Source of the DNA: a bacterium | GTDB taxonomy: Bacteria; Patescibacteriota; Minisyncoccia; UBA6257; GWB1-50-10 | DNA length: 45,591 bases | Assembly (NCBI GenBank): GCA_021814165.1 | Contig: JAKAIX010000004.1 | Location: forward strand, 1 to 45,591 | Direction of reading: 5' to 3' | Part shown: piece by piece, positions 8,572-18,446 of the stretch | Numbering within the stretch: the stretch's first letter is position 1 | Layout of the letters: the number at the start of each line of letters is the position of its first letter | Made by a program: the position numbers and the translations under genes | The notes under the pieces: generated by a model | Seen by the model: only the letters and a program-made list of their open reading frames with translations | Databases searched by the model: none | Told to the model about the DNA's origin: nothing

Positions 8572-8620
8572 AAGTCCCATGCTATTCAACTATTCAGGAG
8601 CATGGGACTTATTGTTTCTT
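8572..8620 (+). terminator. Intrinsic terminator-like hairpin
   Basis: AAGTCCCATGCT...AGCATGGGACTT (12-bp stem) followed by a T-rich tract. Confidence 0.65.
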
Positions 8621-8621
8621 C

Positions 8622-8650
8622 TTGAAATTTTCAAAGGATTTCAATAGAAT
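8622..8650 (+). promoter_or_regulatory. Sigma70 promoter of efp
   Basis: TTGAAA-N17-TAGAAT. Confidence 0.6.
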
Positions 8651-8677
8651 GGGACGGTAATCGATATTTTATTCAAC

Positions 8678-9253
8678 ATGGCTCGACTCGCTTACAACGA
8701 ACTCAAGATCGGAACCGCCTTCGTAAAGGACGGGGATCCTTATCGCGTACTTGAGTATGCGTTCATCCGCATGCAACAACGAAAGCCCGTAGCGCAGCTC
8801 AAGGTAAAAAATCTCATAAGCGGCAAGGTGCAGGAATTTGCCGCACACGTGAACGATACATTTGAGGAGGCGGAGATTGTTGCCATGCCCGTAAAATTCA
8901 TCTATGAGAATCGGGGAGAATACTGGTTCCACGAAGCGGGAAACCCGAAAAACCGTTTTAAGCTCTCCGCGGAAGCGATCGGAGAAGGGGTGCAGTTTTT
9001 GAAAGCGAACACCGACGTTACCGCAGACAAATTCGAAGAAAAAATCATAAACGTGGAACTTCCCATCAAGATGGATTTGAAGGTGACCGAAGCTCCGCCT
9101 GCATTGAAAGGGAACACCGCGCAGGGCGGCAACAAACTTGCGACCCTCGAAACGGGGGCGAAGGTGAACGTTCCTCTCTTTATCAACGAAGGAGATGTTG
9201 TGCGGGTAAACACCACGACGGGAGAATATATCGAGCGCGTAGAGAAGAATTAG
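8678..9253 (+). CDS. efp: Elongation factor P
   Basis: Colinear with EF-P: DGDPYRV, ELPIKMDLKVTEAPP, KGNTAQG, ATLETG, VPLFINEGD, TGEYIER. Confidence 0.95.
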   Translation: MARLAYNELKIGTAFVKDGDPYRVLEYAFIRMQQRKPVAQLKVKNLISGKVQEFAAHVNDTFEEAEIVAMPVKFIYENRGEYWFHEAGNPKNRFKLSAEAIGEGVQFLKANTDVTADKFEEKIINVELPIKMDLKVTEAPPALKGNTAQGGNKLATLETGAKVNVPLFINEGDVVRVNTTTGEYIERVEKN

Positions 9254-9264
9254 AGACTGGCTCT

Positions 9265-9364
9265 CTAGCACCGCATTCCTCCTCAGCTCGGGCGCTCCGG
9301 GCCGCCTGCCTGCGCAGGCAGGCTTGGCAAAGTCTTACTCTCGTTCGGATGAACGCGGTGCTAG
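9265..9364. repeat. Structured intergenic element with a nested 20-bp perfect palindrome
   Basis: Outer stem CTAGCACCGC/GCGGTGCTAG. Inner GCCTGCCTGCGCAGGCAGGC at 9304-9323. Lies between convergent genes. Confidence 0.8.
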
Positions 9365-9374
9365 GTAAACTAAC

Positions 9375-11216
9375 TCAATCCGCTTTCTTTACTTTTTCCA
9401 GCGCTTCCTTGAGAGCGCTCCGGAGTTCTTCCACATTTAGTACCTCTTCTGATTCCTCTTTTTTCTTCTTTGTCTCTGTGCCTGAGTTTGTCTCGAGCGC
9501 ATGAAGGGAAAGCGAAGATATTTCTGACTGAGGGGCCATCACCGACTCTTCCTCGAATGTTGTTTTTGGTTTCTCCTCTGTTTTCAACTCGTGTGTTTCA
9601 CGCGGCGGATGAGACGAATGGTGCTGCGGATCGTGCGGAGATTCGCTTTTTTCCTGTTTTTGTTCAGTCGATCGCGCCGGTTGTATCCCGAATTCTATGC
9701 CAAGATTCGCAAGCGCGGCATATTGTTGTTCTCTCGGCTTACCGTCTTTCAACTCCCGCGGCGCCATCCGTACCGGCTTCATTTCGCCCGATTTTATCTT
9801 TGTAAGGCAGTCCTTGCAATACACGGGGCGGCCCTCCTCGGGCTCGAAGGGTACCGTCGTCGCCTTGCCGCAGGAAGAGCACACTACTTCAAACTGGCCC
9901 TCGCTCGGTCCCATCACTCCCGTCCATTTATTGATTTCATCTTCCACTATCCATCGGGGGCGGGCATAATATTTTCTCGAGTACTCAATGATTTTTTGTT
10001 CTATATCTTCGGAGGTGCTCAATTTAAACGGCGGGAGCGTGGCGGCGGAGAACGGACGGCTGGTAACGCCGTTTACCATGAGCTTCAGATAAATATTGTA
10101 GTTCGGAAGGTTCACGAAATCCTCGGGTGCGAACTCCGGTTCGAATTCTTTCTCCAGGAATTCCGCGTCCGCCGCACCTACCCTGAACACAATCATCGTC
10201 CCGACGTTTCCGAATACCGCATCGCGCACCTTAGTCGAGACATCCGTTACGAGCTGCCCCACGTACTGATGGGCAAGTACGAGATCTAAACGATATTTCC
10301 TCGCCTCGGAGAGGATGCTCGCAAACGAATCGGTCGCGAAGTTTTGAAACTCATCAACGTAGAGAAAGAAGTCGACGCGCTCTTCTTCGGGGACGCGCAC
10401 GCGTTCCATCGCGGAGAGCTGAATTTTTGTAATAAGCATGGCGCCCAAGAGCGCCGAGTTGTCCTCGCCTATTCTTCCCTTCGACACGTTCACGAGAAAT
10501 ATCTTCCCCGAATTCATGATATCGAAAATATCAAAAGTGCTTTTTGCCTGTCCCACGATATTTCGGACGACTGAGGTCGAGAGGAATTGCCCTACCTTGT
10601 TTTGAATAGGAGCGATTGCTTCGTTTCTGAATTGATCTCTCCATTCCTCGTATTCATTCACCCAAAATGCTTTCACAACGGGATCCTTGAGATTAGAGAC
10701 AATCTTTCCACGATACTCCTTGTCGACAAGGAGACGTGTAATTCCTAATAGCGTCGATCCCGGGGTATCCAAAAGCGCGAGAATCGCATTATTCAAGATA
10801 TATTCCATTCTCGCCGACCAGACATTCGACCAGATTTTCGTGAAAATGCCCATAAGACCCGAAGCAACGAGATGTTTATACTTCGGATCGGGAAGTTCGA
10901 GCACGTTGAACCCAAGATGGAAATCCGTATCCGCGGGATTGAAGTACACGACGTCCTTCATTCGCTCTTCGGGAATCTTGTGCAGAAGATCCTCGATAAG
11001 CTCGCCGTGCGGATCCACGACGCAAATCCCCTCGCCGTTCGCGATATCCTGTACGATCAAATTATTCAAAAGCGCCGATTTTCCGGTACCGGTCTTTCCG
11101 ATTACGTACGTGTGCTGACGGCGATCTTTTCGCCTGATACCGAAAAGCCGGTTTGAGTTCCGGAAATTGGTTTTGGCAAAATACACGACGTCCTTGTCAG
11201 CTTCCTCGTTTGGCAT
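9375..11216 (-). CDS. TraD/VirD4/HerA-like P-loop ATPase with C-terminal CxxC-x17-CxxC domain
   Basis: Walker A GKTGTGKS, VDPHGE, Walker B LYVDEFQNF, SEARKY, AHQY, GNVGT, then CSSC-GKATTVPFEPEEGRPVY-CKDC and a low-complexity tail. Confidence 0.9.
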   Translation of the reverse strand: MPNEEADKDVVYFAKTNFRNSNRLFGIRRKDRRQHTYVIGKTGTGKSALLNNLIVQDIANGEGICVVDPHGELIEDLLHKIPEERMKDVVYFNPADTDFHLGFNVLELPDPKYKHLVASGLMGIFTKIWSNVWSARMEYILNNAILALLDTPGSTLLGITRLLVDKEYRGKIVSNLKDPVVKAFWVNEYEEWRDQFRNEAIAPIQNKVGQFLSTSVVRNIVGQAKSTFDIFDIMNSGKIFLVNVSKGRIGEDNSALLGAMLITKIQLSAMERVRVPEEERVDFFLYVDEFQNFATDSFASILSEARKYRLDLVLAHQYVGQLVTDVSTKVRDAVFGNVGTMIVFRVGAADAEFLEKEFEPEFAPEDFVNLPNYNIYLKLMVNGVTSRPFSAATLPPFKLSTSEDIEQKIIEYSRKYYARPRWIVEDEINKWTGVMGPSEGQFEVVCSSCGKATTVPFEPEEGRPVYCKDCLTKIKSGEMKPVRMAPRELKDGKPREQQYAALANLGIEFGIQPARSTEQKQEKSESPHDPQHHSSHPPRETHELKTEEKPKTTFEEESVMAPQSEISSLSLHALETNSGTETKKKKEESEEVLNVEELRSALKEALEKVKKAD

Positions 11217-11263
11217 TGTTGCAATAAAATACCTTATAGCAAGCTCGCGAGGTATTTTATTTT

Positions 11264-11445
11264 GAGAACCACTCGGTTCTCAACGCTCGCTTCGCTCACT
11301 GTGTTCCTCCACGGGGGAACCTACAGTTTCCCCCGACCCCCTTTCGTCGACCATCTTTTCCCGAAGCTCGCTTTGGGAAAATCTGTCCTTATTATACCAC
11401 CAATTTCCTGGAGGCCGTACCTCCCGAGGAGGCTCGACCTCCCCA
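11264..11445. repeat. Cluster of short palindromes (REP-like) between the array and the ATPase
   Basis: GAGAACC/GGTTCTC, CGGGGGAAC/GTTTCCCCCG, TTTTCCCGAAGC/GCTTTGGGAAAA and a GGAGGCC..CCTCC copy. TGGTATAAT on the minus strand near 11391-11399. Confidence 0.7.
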
Positions 11446-11460
11446 TATTGACGTTCGTCA

Positions 11461-13236
11461 TTACATCATCTCCCCTTGATAACATTGTTCACAATAGACG
11501 ATGGCAGGTGATTCGGGCGAGTAGCTTGTTTCGAACTCGTTGAGGCACGGTTCATCGCCATGAAAGTGTTTCGCGGAATTCACGTAGGTATGGGGTCCTT
11601 TTTGCCTTCCCGTTTTGCTTCTACAATCACAGCGCCTTTTCCGTAACACAAACGGGTTTCGCATACTGAGACGCGCTTTGTGACGGCAAAAGAAACAGCG
11701 ACGCGGCAACGGAATATTCATATGACGATAAAATTGGAGTTCCCGAGAGATAATCCGATAATTGCGATTACATTCGATGCAGACGAGAATTTCATCGGTC
11801 ACGCTATCACGCACATCTTCAATTGCATCAGGCAGATCTTCTGTCTTTATCGTTTCCTTACCGGTTGTAAATGGCTGATTTCTGCGCCAACTGAGTCCCC
11901 TTGACCTCGCCTCTTGTTCTTCAAGCGGAAAGTAATCTTGCGCCAGACTCTCGTTATAACCGAAATATGACAATTCAGGCGGATAAAACTCTCCAAATTT
12001 GTAGACGATACCATTCTTATCGACATATGGCATGGAATCCATGTGCGCGATAATCTTAGGTAGCATCATTTCATATTCCTCTTTGGTATACTGTTTGTTC
12101 AAAATACAGTATTGGGCTTTCTTAAGACCAACACAACCGAAAATATTTTCCGAAGAGTGGCAACCATCCACATAATAGTAATCACGATTTTTCCAAGAAA
12201 AGATCGGGAAGCGCCCGACATAGGTATGATCCGGAGTGATTCCCTCATATGTGAGTGACAGCTCCCCACCAACCGTGAGATCATAGCTGTCCTTCGGAGT
12301 GTCGCAACCTTCGGCATACCGGCAATTTTCACCTCGTTGTATCAGGAAACAATCACGGCTGTTTTTACAGTTACTCAGATAGTCTCCGGTCGAGCTAACG
12401 GTATTACGAAATAACGCAAAACGGCGCGGGGAGGTGTAAAGTAATTCCGAAAATTCTTTCCTCGCGCGTTCCACCCCACTAAAAGTATTAAGTTTGTAAC
12501 CGGAAAGTATTTTTTCGTACTCTTCCTTAGAATACTGTTTATTTTTAAAGCAATATCGCTGGTGACGAAGTCCGACGCACAAGAGACAATCGCTGCAATC
12601 TCGGCAATCATATGCGAAGGAACAATCGGAAAGCGCAACCGAATCATAGACATAGCGGCACTGATAGCAATCCTCTATGAAGATTCCTTCATATACGTAA
12701 CTATTGGAGTTAAGAATGTGCAAACAATCCACCAGATATTTACCATCAACCATATAATATCCGTAGAGACAATCCTCCAGCTTCCATGCAATAAAAATCA
12801 TGTAACAATTCTTGGAACGCGCGAAATCCTGGTTATACTCACAATTCACGCTTCCTCCGATAAGTCCGTCGTCGTTCACCAGCGCAAGATATGGCACCCG
12901 TTTCTGTAACTCGTTGAATTGTAAAAAGAACGGTTTTGAGAAATCATATTCTTGCGCGAAATCTTTGGGATCCCACTTGTCAGACCACCAACACTTCACG
13001 CAGTAGACCGTTAAACCGGAATCTTTCGAATAAAGGGAGATAATATTCTTACCGCATAGATCACACGTTCTCTGATAAAGATTCATGTCATTGCGCCATG
13101 ACATGCGACGCTGTTTGCGACATACGGGGCACCACGTCGGCGGGGGCACGTCCATCTTCTCGTAGAATGTAAAATCATCCGGTTCGATGACGAAGGATTG
13201 TTTGCAATTTTGGCAGGTCTTGGTTTCTGAATTCAT
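11461..13236 (-). CDS. Cys-rich repeat protein, array paralog 7 (last transcribed)
   Basis: CQNC...CPVC, CDLC-x17-CVKC, two Cys-repeat blocks, FGEFYP, C-terminal YCEQCY. Confidence 0.9.
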   Translation of the reverse strand: MNSETKTCQNCKQSFVIEPDDFTFYEKMDVPPPTWCPVCRKQRRMSWRNDMNLYQRTCDLCGKNIISLYSKDSGLTVYCVKCWWSDKWDPKDFAQEYDFSKPFFLQFNELQKRVPYLALVNDDGLIGGSVNCEYNQDFARSKNCYMIFIAWKLEDCLYGYYMVDGKYLVDCLHILNSNSYVYEGIFIEDCYQCRYVYDSVALSDCSFAYDCRDCSDCLLCVGLRHQRYCFKNKQYSKEEYEKILSGYKLNTFSGVERARKEFSELLYTSPRRFALFRNTVSSTGDYLSNCKNSRDCFLIQRGENCRYAEGCDTPKDSYDLTVGGELSLTYEGITPDHTYVGRFPIFSWKNRDYYYVDGCHSSENIFGCVGLKKAQYCILNKQYTKEEYEMMLPKIIAHMDSMPYVDKNGIVYKFGEFYPPELSYFGYNESLAQDYFPLEEQEARSRGLSWRRNQPFTTGKETIKTEDLPDAIEDVRDSVTDEILVCIECNRNYRIISRELQFYRHMNIPLPRRCFFCRHKARLSMRNPFVLRKRRCDCRSKTGRQKGPHTYVNSAKHFHGDEPCLNEFETSYSPESPAIVYCEQCYQGEMM

Positions 13237-15002
13237 GCTATTTCGCTATTGTAGCACTGCTCACAGTATACAATTTCCGGTCGATCGGGTGCGTAGCTTG
13301 TTTCGAAGGTATTGGGACAGTGACCACCTCCATGAAAATGCTCCGTAGCGTTTTGATAATTGTCTCCTTCTCTTTTCTCCCCTCCGCATTGGCATGTACG
13401 ACGGTAAAGTCGGGGCGGATTTACACGCTTGCATCTCTCCGCGTAACGGCAATTCGGGCATTTTCTTGGAATCGGCAGTTCGAAACGACGCAACAGCAGC
13501 AGTTCGTTCGGCACAACCCGGAACGGGTTTTTGCATTCCATACATTCGATGATTTCATTCAAAATGGCGTCTTTGATGTCGTGAATGCTGTCCGGAAGAT
13601 CTCGAGTGTCTACCGTCGGTTGGTGGGGATTCGGTCTCTGCTCATACCAAGAAAATCCCCGCTTTTCCGCCTCCTCTTTGCTAAGAGGAAAGAAACTGGG
13701 CGCATAACTCTCGTCATATCCGGAAAGACTGAATTCCGGAGGAAAAAACTCGCCGTATTTATAAACTCTTCCTTTTGAATCAACATACGGATGTTCGTTC
13801 ATGTCGTGGATGATCCGTTCGCGGAGTTTTTTATATTCTTCCTCGCTATATTGTTTATTTAAAATGCAAAATCGCTTATTCCTCATATTCGCGCATCCGA
13901 AGAGATATGACGACGAGATTACGAAAAGAGAGTATTCGATTTCACGCACATTCGGCCATGCTTGAAAGGAGCACTTTATCGTGTCCGCTCCTTCTCCCAC
14001 GATCATGCCTTCATAAATCCTCTGTGCGCCGTTTCCCCAAATAGTGTAGTCGTATGAATCCTTTATCCCGGTCATGGTCATAAGTTGGCAATAACGCGAA
14101 TTCTCGGCACCTTCGTGGACAACGTACATATTCTTCGAGTTTTTCGATTCGTATATATAATCCCCGGTAACGTTCAGATTACGAAGCGCGTGAGAAAATT
14201 TATGGGGGTATTTCTCCCAAAACTCCGTGGACTCTTTTTTGAAATGTTCCACGTTTTTATACGAATCCACGTGAAATCCCTCTAATTTCTTCTTGTACTC
14301 TCCCTTCTCGTACGGTTTATTGAAAATGCAGTAATTTTTCTTTCTCAAACCGACACAACCGAAACAATTGCTGCAACCGATACAATCCTTTGAAAAATAC
14401 GTTTCCTGACAATCTTCGCAATCTTCAGAAAAGAACGTCCGATAACACGGCCCGGAATTCACGAGACCGTAACAGAGCTCCGAACCTCCGGTCATGGTAG
14501 AATCCATCAGGTCCTTATTGTGCAAAAGATACTCAGAATAAAGCACGTTTTCGCACTCATCCGCGGTAAAAATGAGGTAACAGTTCTTCGCGGTGGCACA
14601 GTGGTTCACATATTCGGAGTTAACCAACGTAGGATAATTGGAATCAAGCGCGACTTGGGGAGTTTCCCTTATAAGATCTCTCAATTGTTCCAGAAAGGGG
14701 CGTGACGGATCGTATTCACGTGCGTACTGGCCGCTGTCCCATTTATCACTCCACCAACAGACATTGCAATATACAATCAGTTCTTGCTCGGGAGGATACG
14801 ACGATATCATGGATTTCCCGCACATGTCGCATCTTCGCTTGAAGAGACCCCTATCGTTCGCAAACGCCAATCTGCGTTGAAACCTACACTCCGGACACCA
14901 CGTGGGTAGCGGTACCCGCATCCTTTCGTAGAACGTGAAGTCATCGGGTTCGATGACAAATTGATTCTTGCAACTTTGGCATATTCTCGTCTCGGTATTC
15001 AT
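13233..15002 (-). CDS. Cys-rich repeat protein, array paralog 6
   Basis: Same architecture. ATGA overlap with the next gene. Confidence 0.9.
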   Translation of the reverse strand: MNTETRICQSCKNQFVIEPDDFTFYERMRVPLPTWCPECRFQRRLAFANDRGLFKRRCDMCGKSMISSYPPEQELIVYCNVCWWSDKWDSGQYAREYDPSRPFLEQLRDLIRETPQVALDSNYPTLVNSEYVNHCATAKNCYLIFTADECENVLYSEYLLHNKDLMDSTMTGGSELCYGLVNSGPCYRTFFSEDCEDCQETYFSKDCIGCSNCFGCVGLRKKNYCIFNKPYEKGEYKKKLEGFHVDSYKNVEHFKKESTEFWEKYPHKFSHALRNLNVTGDYIYESKNSKNMYVVHEGAENSRYCQLMTMTGIKDSYDYTIWGNGAQRIYEGMIVGEGADTIKCSFQAWPNVREIEYSLFVISSSYLFGCANMRNKRFCILNKQYSEEEYKKLRERIIHDMNEHPYVDSKGRVYKYGEFFPPEFSLSGYDESYAPSFFPLSKEEAEKRGFSWYEQRPNPHQPTVDTRDLPDSIHDIKDAILNEIIECMECKNPFRVVPNELLLLRRFELPIPRKCPNCRYAERCKRVNPPRLYRRTCQCGGEKREGDNYQNATEHFHGGGHCPNTFETSYAPDRPEIVYCEQCYNSEIA

Positions 15003-15028
15003 AATTCCTAATTCTTTATTCCTGATTC
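14997..15028. repeat. 32-bp heptamer-based direct repeat, copy A
   Basis: ATTCATAATTCCTAATTCTTTATTCCTGATTC, identical to 21926-21957. Confidence 0.9.
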
Positions 15029-15031
15029 TCG

Positions 15032-16738
15032 TTATACTACTTCCTTAAGATAACATTCTTTGCATAAAATGTACGGCGCTTCCTCTTCCGTATAGTTCGT
15101 GGTGAAATCCGTGCCGCACTTGTCGCATGTTCTCGGAATCATCCTCAAATTTTTTACCCACTGCTTAAATTTTTCGTTGATCCTACAGAAAGGACATCGA
15201 CGCGGTAGCGGCAACCGCATCTGCCTCAAGAATGAAAGTTCCATCGCCGTAATCCTAAATCCCTTGCTGCACGTTTCACATTCTACCACCTCATCCAAGA
15301 TATCGTCCCCCGCGTCGTTTATATGATCCGGCAGATCTCTATATGACTTCGTAATCGTGTAGTTCCGCTCCTCCGGTTCGGCATAATAATACCCCTCTTC
15401 TTCCGCCTCCTTTTTCGAGAGCGGGAAAAAGTCATTTGCGATCGTCTCGTTATAGGCGAACTGCGCAAGCTCAACCGGAAAGAACTCGCCATATTTGTAT
15501 ACTCTCCCCTTTTTATCGACATACGGCATTGTGTCCATGTGCTCGCGGATCTTTGCCGTAAGCGTCTTGTATTCTTCCTCCGAGTACTTTTTATTCAAGA
15601 TCACATATTGACTTTTTCTTACCGCTACACACCCGAAGTGATGTGCGGCGCCATTTGAAAGTTTGCAGTAATTCGCGTCGATTAGGTTCAAACCACATTC
15701 CTGAGCAAAACGAACCCCCGAAACATCTTCTCCGACATTGCAGCATTCATAGCAGCGCGCCATATTATTTCCCCAACTCGAGATATCATATGAATCCTTC
15801 GTGGGGCGATCTTCTGCCATGAGGATAAACTTCGAATCCTGCACGTTTGTGGAATCGAAGCATTCTTTGCAGTTCTTCGACTGAAATACGTAGCTTCCCG
15901 TACAATCGACCGAGAAATCATCATACTTCGGTCTCGGCGGGAATTTTTTCCAGTGTTCTTCGGCTGCGTCCGCGGCTTCCCTGTATACCCTATATGATCC
16001 AAGATCCCATTTCTTAAGTTCCTCAAAATATCCTTCCCTGGAGTATTGCTTGTTAAAAATGTAATACTTCGAATTCCGAAGATTCGCGGATCCAAAGCAA
16101 TTTTGACAGTTATCACAATCACGCAGGAAGTAGCACTCGAGCGAATTCGTCACGTTTCCCCTTGTTCCCACACAACGATTGTTTTTGAACGCGTTCTGGT
16201 TGTCATAGCACATCTCGCAATTCATCGCGCACACGGTGTCGAATACCGACTTGTTGTGTACTTGGTAGAATCCGTACGCCGAATCTTCAATGTAATCCGC
16301 ATGAAAGAGGAGATAACAATTCTTAAGATGTCCCGTATGATTCGTATAAGGAGACGTTTGCATAGCAGGGATATCTATTGAGACCCCGAGAACCGGCGTC
16401 TCGCGCCATAACTCCCTGAACTGTTCGAAAAACGGGCGCGAAAAATCATACTCCCTGCCGTATTTGAATACATCCCAATCGTCCGACCACCAGCACTTCG
16501 GGCAGTACACTACATAAGGGGACTCGGATCGATAGGTCGATATAAAATCTTTTTTACAGAGATCACACGGACGTTTGTAGAGATTGAAGATGTTGAAAAA
16601 CGCCAGCCGCCTCTGGAGCCGACACTTGGGGCAAAACGTCGGCGGCGGTACCTGCATCTTCTCGTAGAACGCGAAATCCTCCGGTTCGATCGTGAACCGG
16701 CTTTTGCAATTCTGACAGAGTCTTGTTTCCGGATTCAT
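15032..16738 (-). CDS. Cys-rich repeat protein, array paralog 5 (start MNPETR, 568 aa)
   Basis: Same architecture. Start chosen by alignment with paralog N-termini (MNxETxxCQxC), 1 nt after the upstream stop. Confidence 0.9.
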   Translation of the reverse strand: MNPETRLCQNCKSRFTIEPEDFAFYEKMQVPPPTFCPKCRLQRRLAFFNIFNLYKRPCDLCKKDFISTYRSESPYVVYCPKCWWSDDWDVFKYGREYDFSRPFFEQFRELWRETPVLGVSIDIPAMQTSPYTNHTGHLKNCYLLFHADYIEDSAYGFYQVHNKSVFDTVCAMNCEMCYDNQNAFKNNRCVGTRGNVTNSLECYFLRDCDNCQNCFGSANLRNSKYYIFNKQYSREGYFEELKKWDLGSYRVYREAADAAEEHWKKFPPRPKYDDFSVDCTGSYVFQSKNCKECFDSTNVQDSKFILMAEDRPTKDSYDISSWGNNMARCYECCNVGEDVSGVRFAQECGLNLIDANYCKLSNGAAHHFGCVAVRKSQYVILNKKYSEEEYKTLTAKIREHMDTMPYVDKKGRVYKYGEFFPVELAQFAYNETIANDFFPLSKKEAEEEGYYYAEPEERNYTITKSYRDLPDHINDAGDDILDEVVECETCSKGFRITAMELSFLRQMRLPLPRRCPFCRINEKFKQWVKNLRMIPRTCDKCGTDFTTNYTEEEAPYILCKECYLKEVV

Positions 16739-16739
16739 A

Positions 16740-18446
16740 TCAAAAAATATACTCAAGATAACACTTCGTACAATATGCGATGGGCGCATCCTCTTTCCGG
16801 TAACTCGTTCTGAAATGTTTCCCGCACTTATCGCAATCCCGTTCGATGAGAGTCATTTGCCACGACCAACGCTTCACTTTTTCCTCTATCCGACAAAAGG
16901 GGCAGCGCCGCGGAAGCGGCAGGTTGTGCTGTCTTAGAAATTGGAGTTCCTGGTGGGTTATCTTGTAACCTCTCGGACATGTCGTACATTTGATTACCTC
17001 GTTCAAGACACCATCTTTCGCGTCCCGAACGTGATCGGGTAAGTCCGCCGCATTCATGGTAGTTGCATATTCATTCGGTGACATTTCCGCCCACGTAAGG
17101 CCCCTTTGTAACGCTTCTTCCTTATCAAGCGGGTAGAACATCTGCGCGAAAGTGTCGTTATAATCGTGGGGAGAAAGAGACATGGGAAAAAACTCACCAT
17201 ATTTATATTCATACCCCATCGCATCCCTATAGGGCGATGCTTCCATATGAGCCAATATCTTTTTTCTTATCGCGTGAAAGGCCTCTTTATCGTATCGTTT
17301 ATTGAACACACAGTACTCTTTGTTTCTCAAGCCGGAACATCCCAGAAGAAACGCATCGTTCATACAGCTCTTCGAATATTCGACGTGGTGGCTATTATGG
17401 ATATCCTGGCTGAACTTTACGTCGGAAACGTTATTGCCTATTGTTATGCCCTCGTAGATCCGCTCCGCGTTTTCTCCCCAATCTACATAGTCATAACTAT
17501 CTTTTACACTCGGGGTCTTAATAAGCATCATATATTTGCAATCTTCACAGTATCCGGAATCGTAACACTCCTTGCAGTTTTTCGAATAAAAAACATAGTT
17601 GCCGGTGCAGTTATCGTTAAACATATAGTCGTAGCATGGATTCGGGATCGAGTTTTTCCAAATTTCTTCGGCGCGTGATTTCATCTCCTGATACGTCTTG
17701 TACGAACCGAGATCCATTTCATTTAATTTCTTTTCGTACTCTTCCTTCGTTAGTTGCTCGTTGAAAAAAACGTACTTCTTGTTGTGCAGGTTCGCCGAAC
17801 CGAAGCAGTGCTCCGCGCTTTTCGCGTCACGAAGGAAGTAGCAATCGAAAGAAGTATGAACATTTCCGCGGGATCCGTGGACGCGGTTGTTTCTGAAACC
17901 GTTCAAACCGTCATAACACTGCTCGCATTCCCAATATACGCTGCAATCGAGAAGTGATTTATCCCGTGTTAAATAGAAGCCATATTGGCAATCCTCATCG
18001 TAGTCCGAGTAGAAAATCAGATAACAGTTCTTGGAGTGATCGCAATGGTTGGTATACGGAGAAAGCTCGGTCACGCTTTTTGTGACCGCGATGCCCCGTA
18101 TGGGGACTTTGTGCAGAAATTCGTCCAGCTGCTCGAAAAATGGCTTTGAAAAATCATACTCGCGGGCGTAATCTTCGGGATTCCACTTATCCGACCACCA
18201 GCAGTCCGCGCAGTATACCGTATAGGGCGCATCCGGTTTGTACATCGATATCTTTTCTTCTCCGCATAGATCACACTTCCTCTTATACAAGCGGAACCCC
18301 TTGAACCACGCCAACCGCCTCTGGAGTCGGCACTTCGGGCAAAACGTCGGCGGCGGCACCTGTATCTTTTCGTAGAACCCGAAGTCATCGGGTTCCATAA
18401 CGAATGGGTTCTTACAGTTTTGGCACGTTTTCGTCTCCTGATTCAT
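16740..18446 (-). CDS. Cys-rich repeat protein, array paralog 4
   Basis: Same architecture. C-terminal CDKC-x17-CTKC. Confidence 0.9.
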   Translation of the reverse strand: MNQETKTCQNCKNPFVMEPDDFGFYEKIQVPPPTFCPKCRLQRRLAWFKGFRLYKRKCDLCGEEKISMYKPDAPYTVYCADCWWSDKWNPEDYAREYDFSKPFFEQLDEFLHKVPIRGIAVTKSVTELSPYTNHCDHSKNCYLIFYSDYDEDCQYGFYLTRDKSLLDCSVYWECEQCYDGLNGFRNNRVHGSRGNVHTSFDCYFLRDAKSAEHCFGSANLHNKKYVFFNEQLTKEEYEKKLNEMDLGSYKTYQEMKSRAEEIWKNSIPNPCYDYMFNDNCTGNYVFYSKNCKECYDSGYCEDCKYMMLIKTPSVKDSYDYVDWGENAERIYEGITIGNNVSDVKFSQDIHNSHHVEYSKSCMNDAFLLGCSGLRNKEYCVFNKRYDKEAFHAIRKKILAHMEASPYRDAMGYEYKYGEFFPMSLSPHDYNDTFAQMFYPLDKEEALQRGLTWAEMSPNEYATTMNAADLPDHVRDAKDGVLNEVIKCTTCPRGYKITHQELQFLRQHNLPLPRRCPFCRIEEKVKRWSWQMTLIERDCDKCGKHFRTSYRKEDAPIAYCTKCYLEYIF

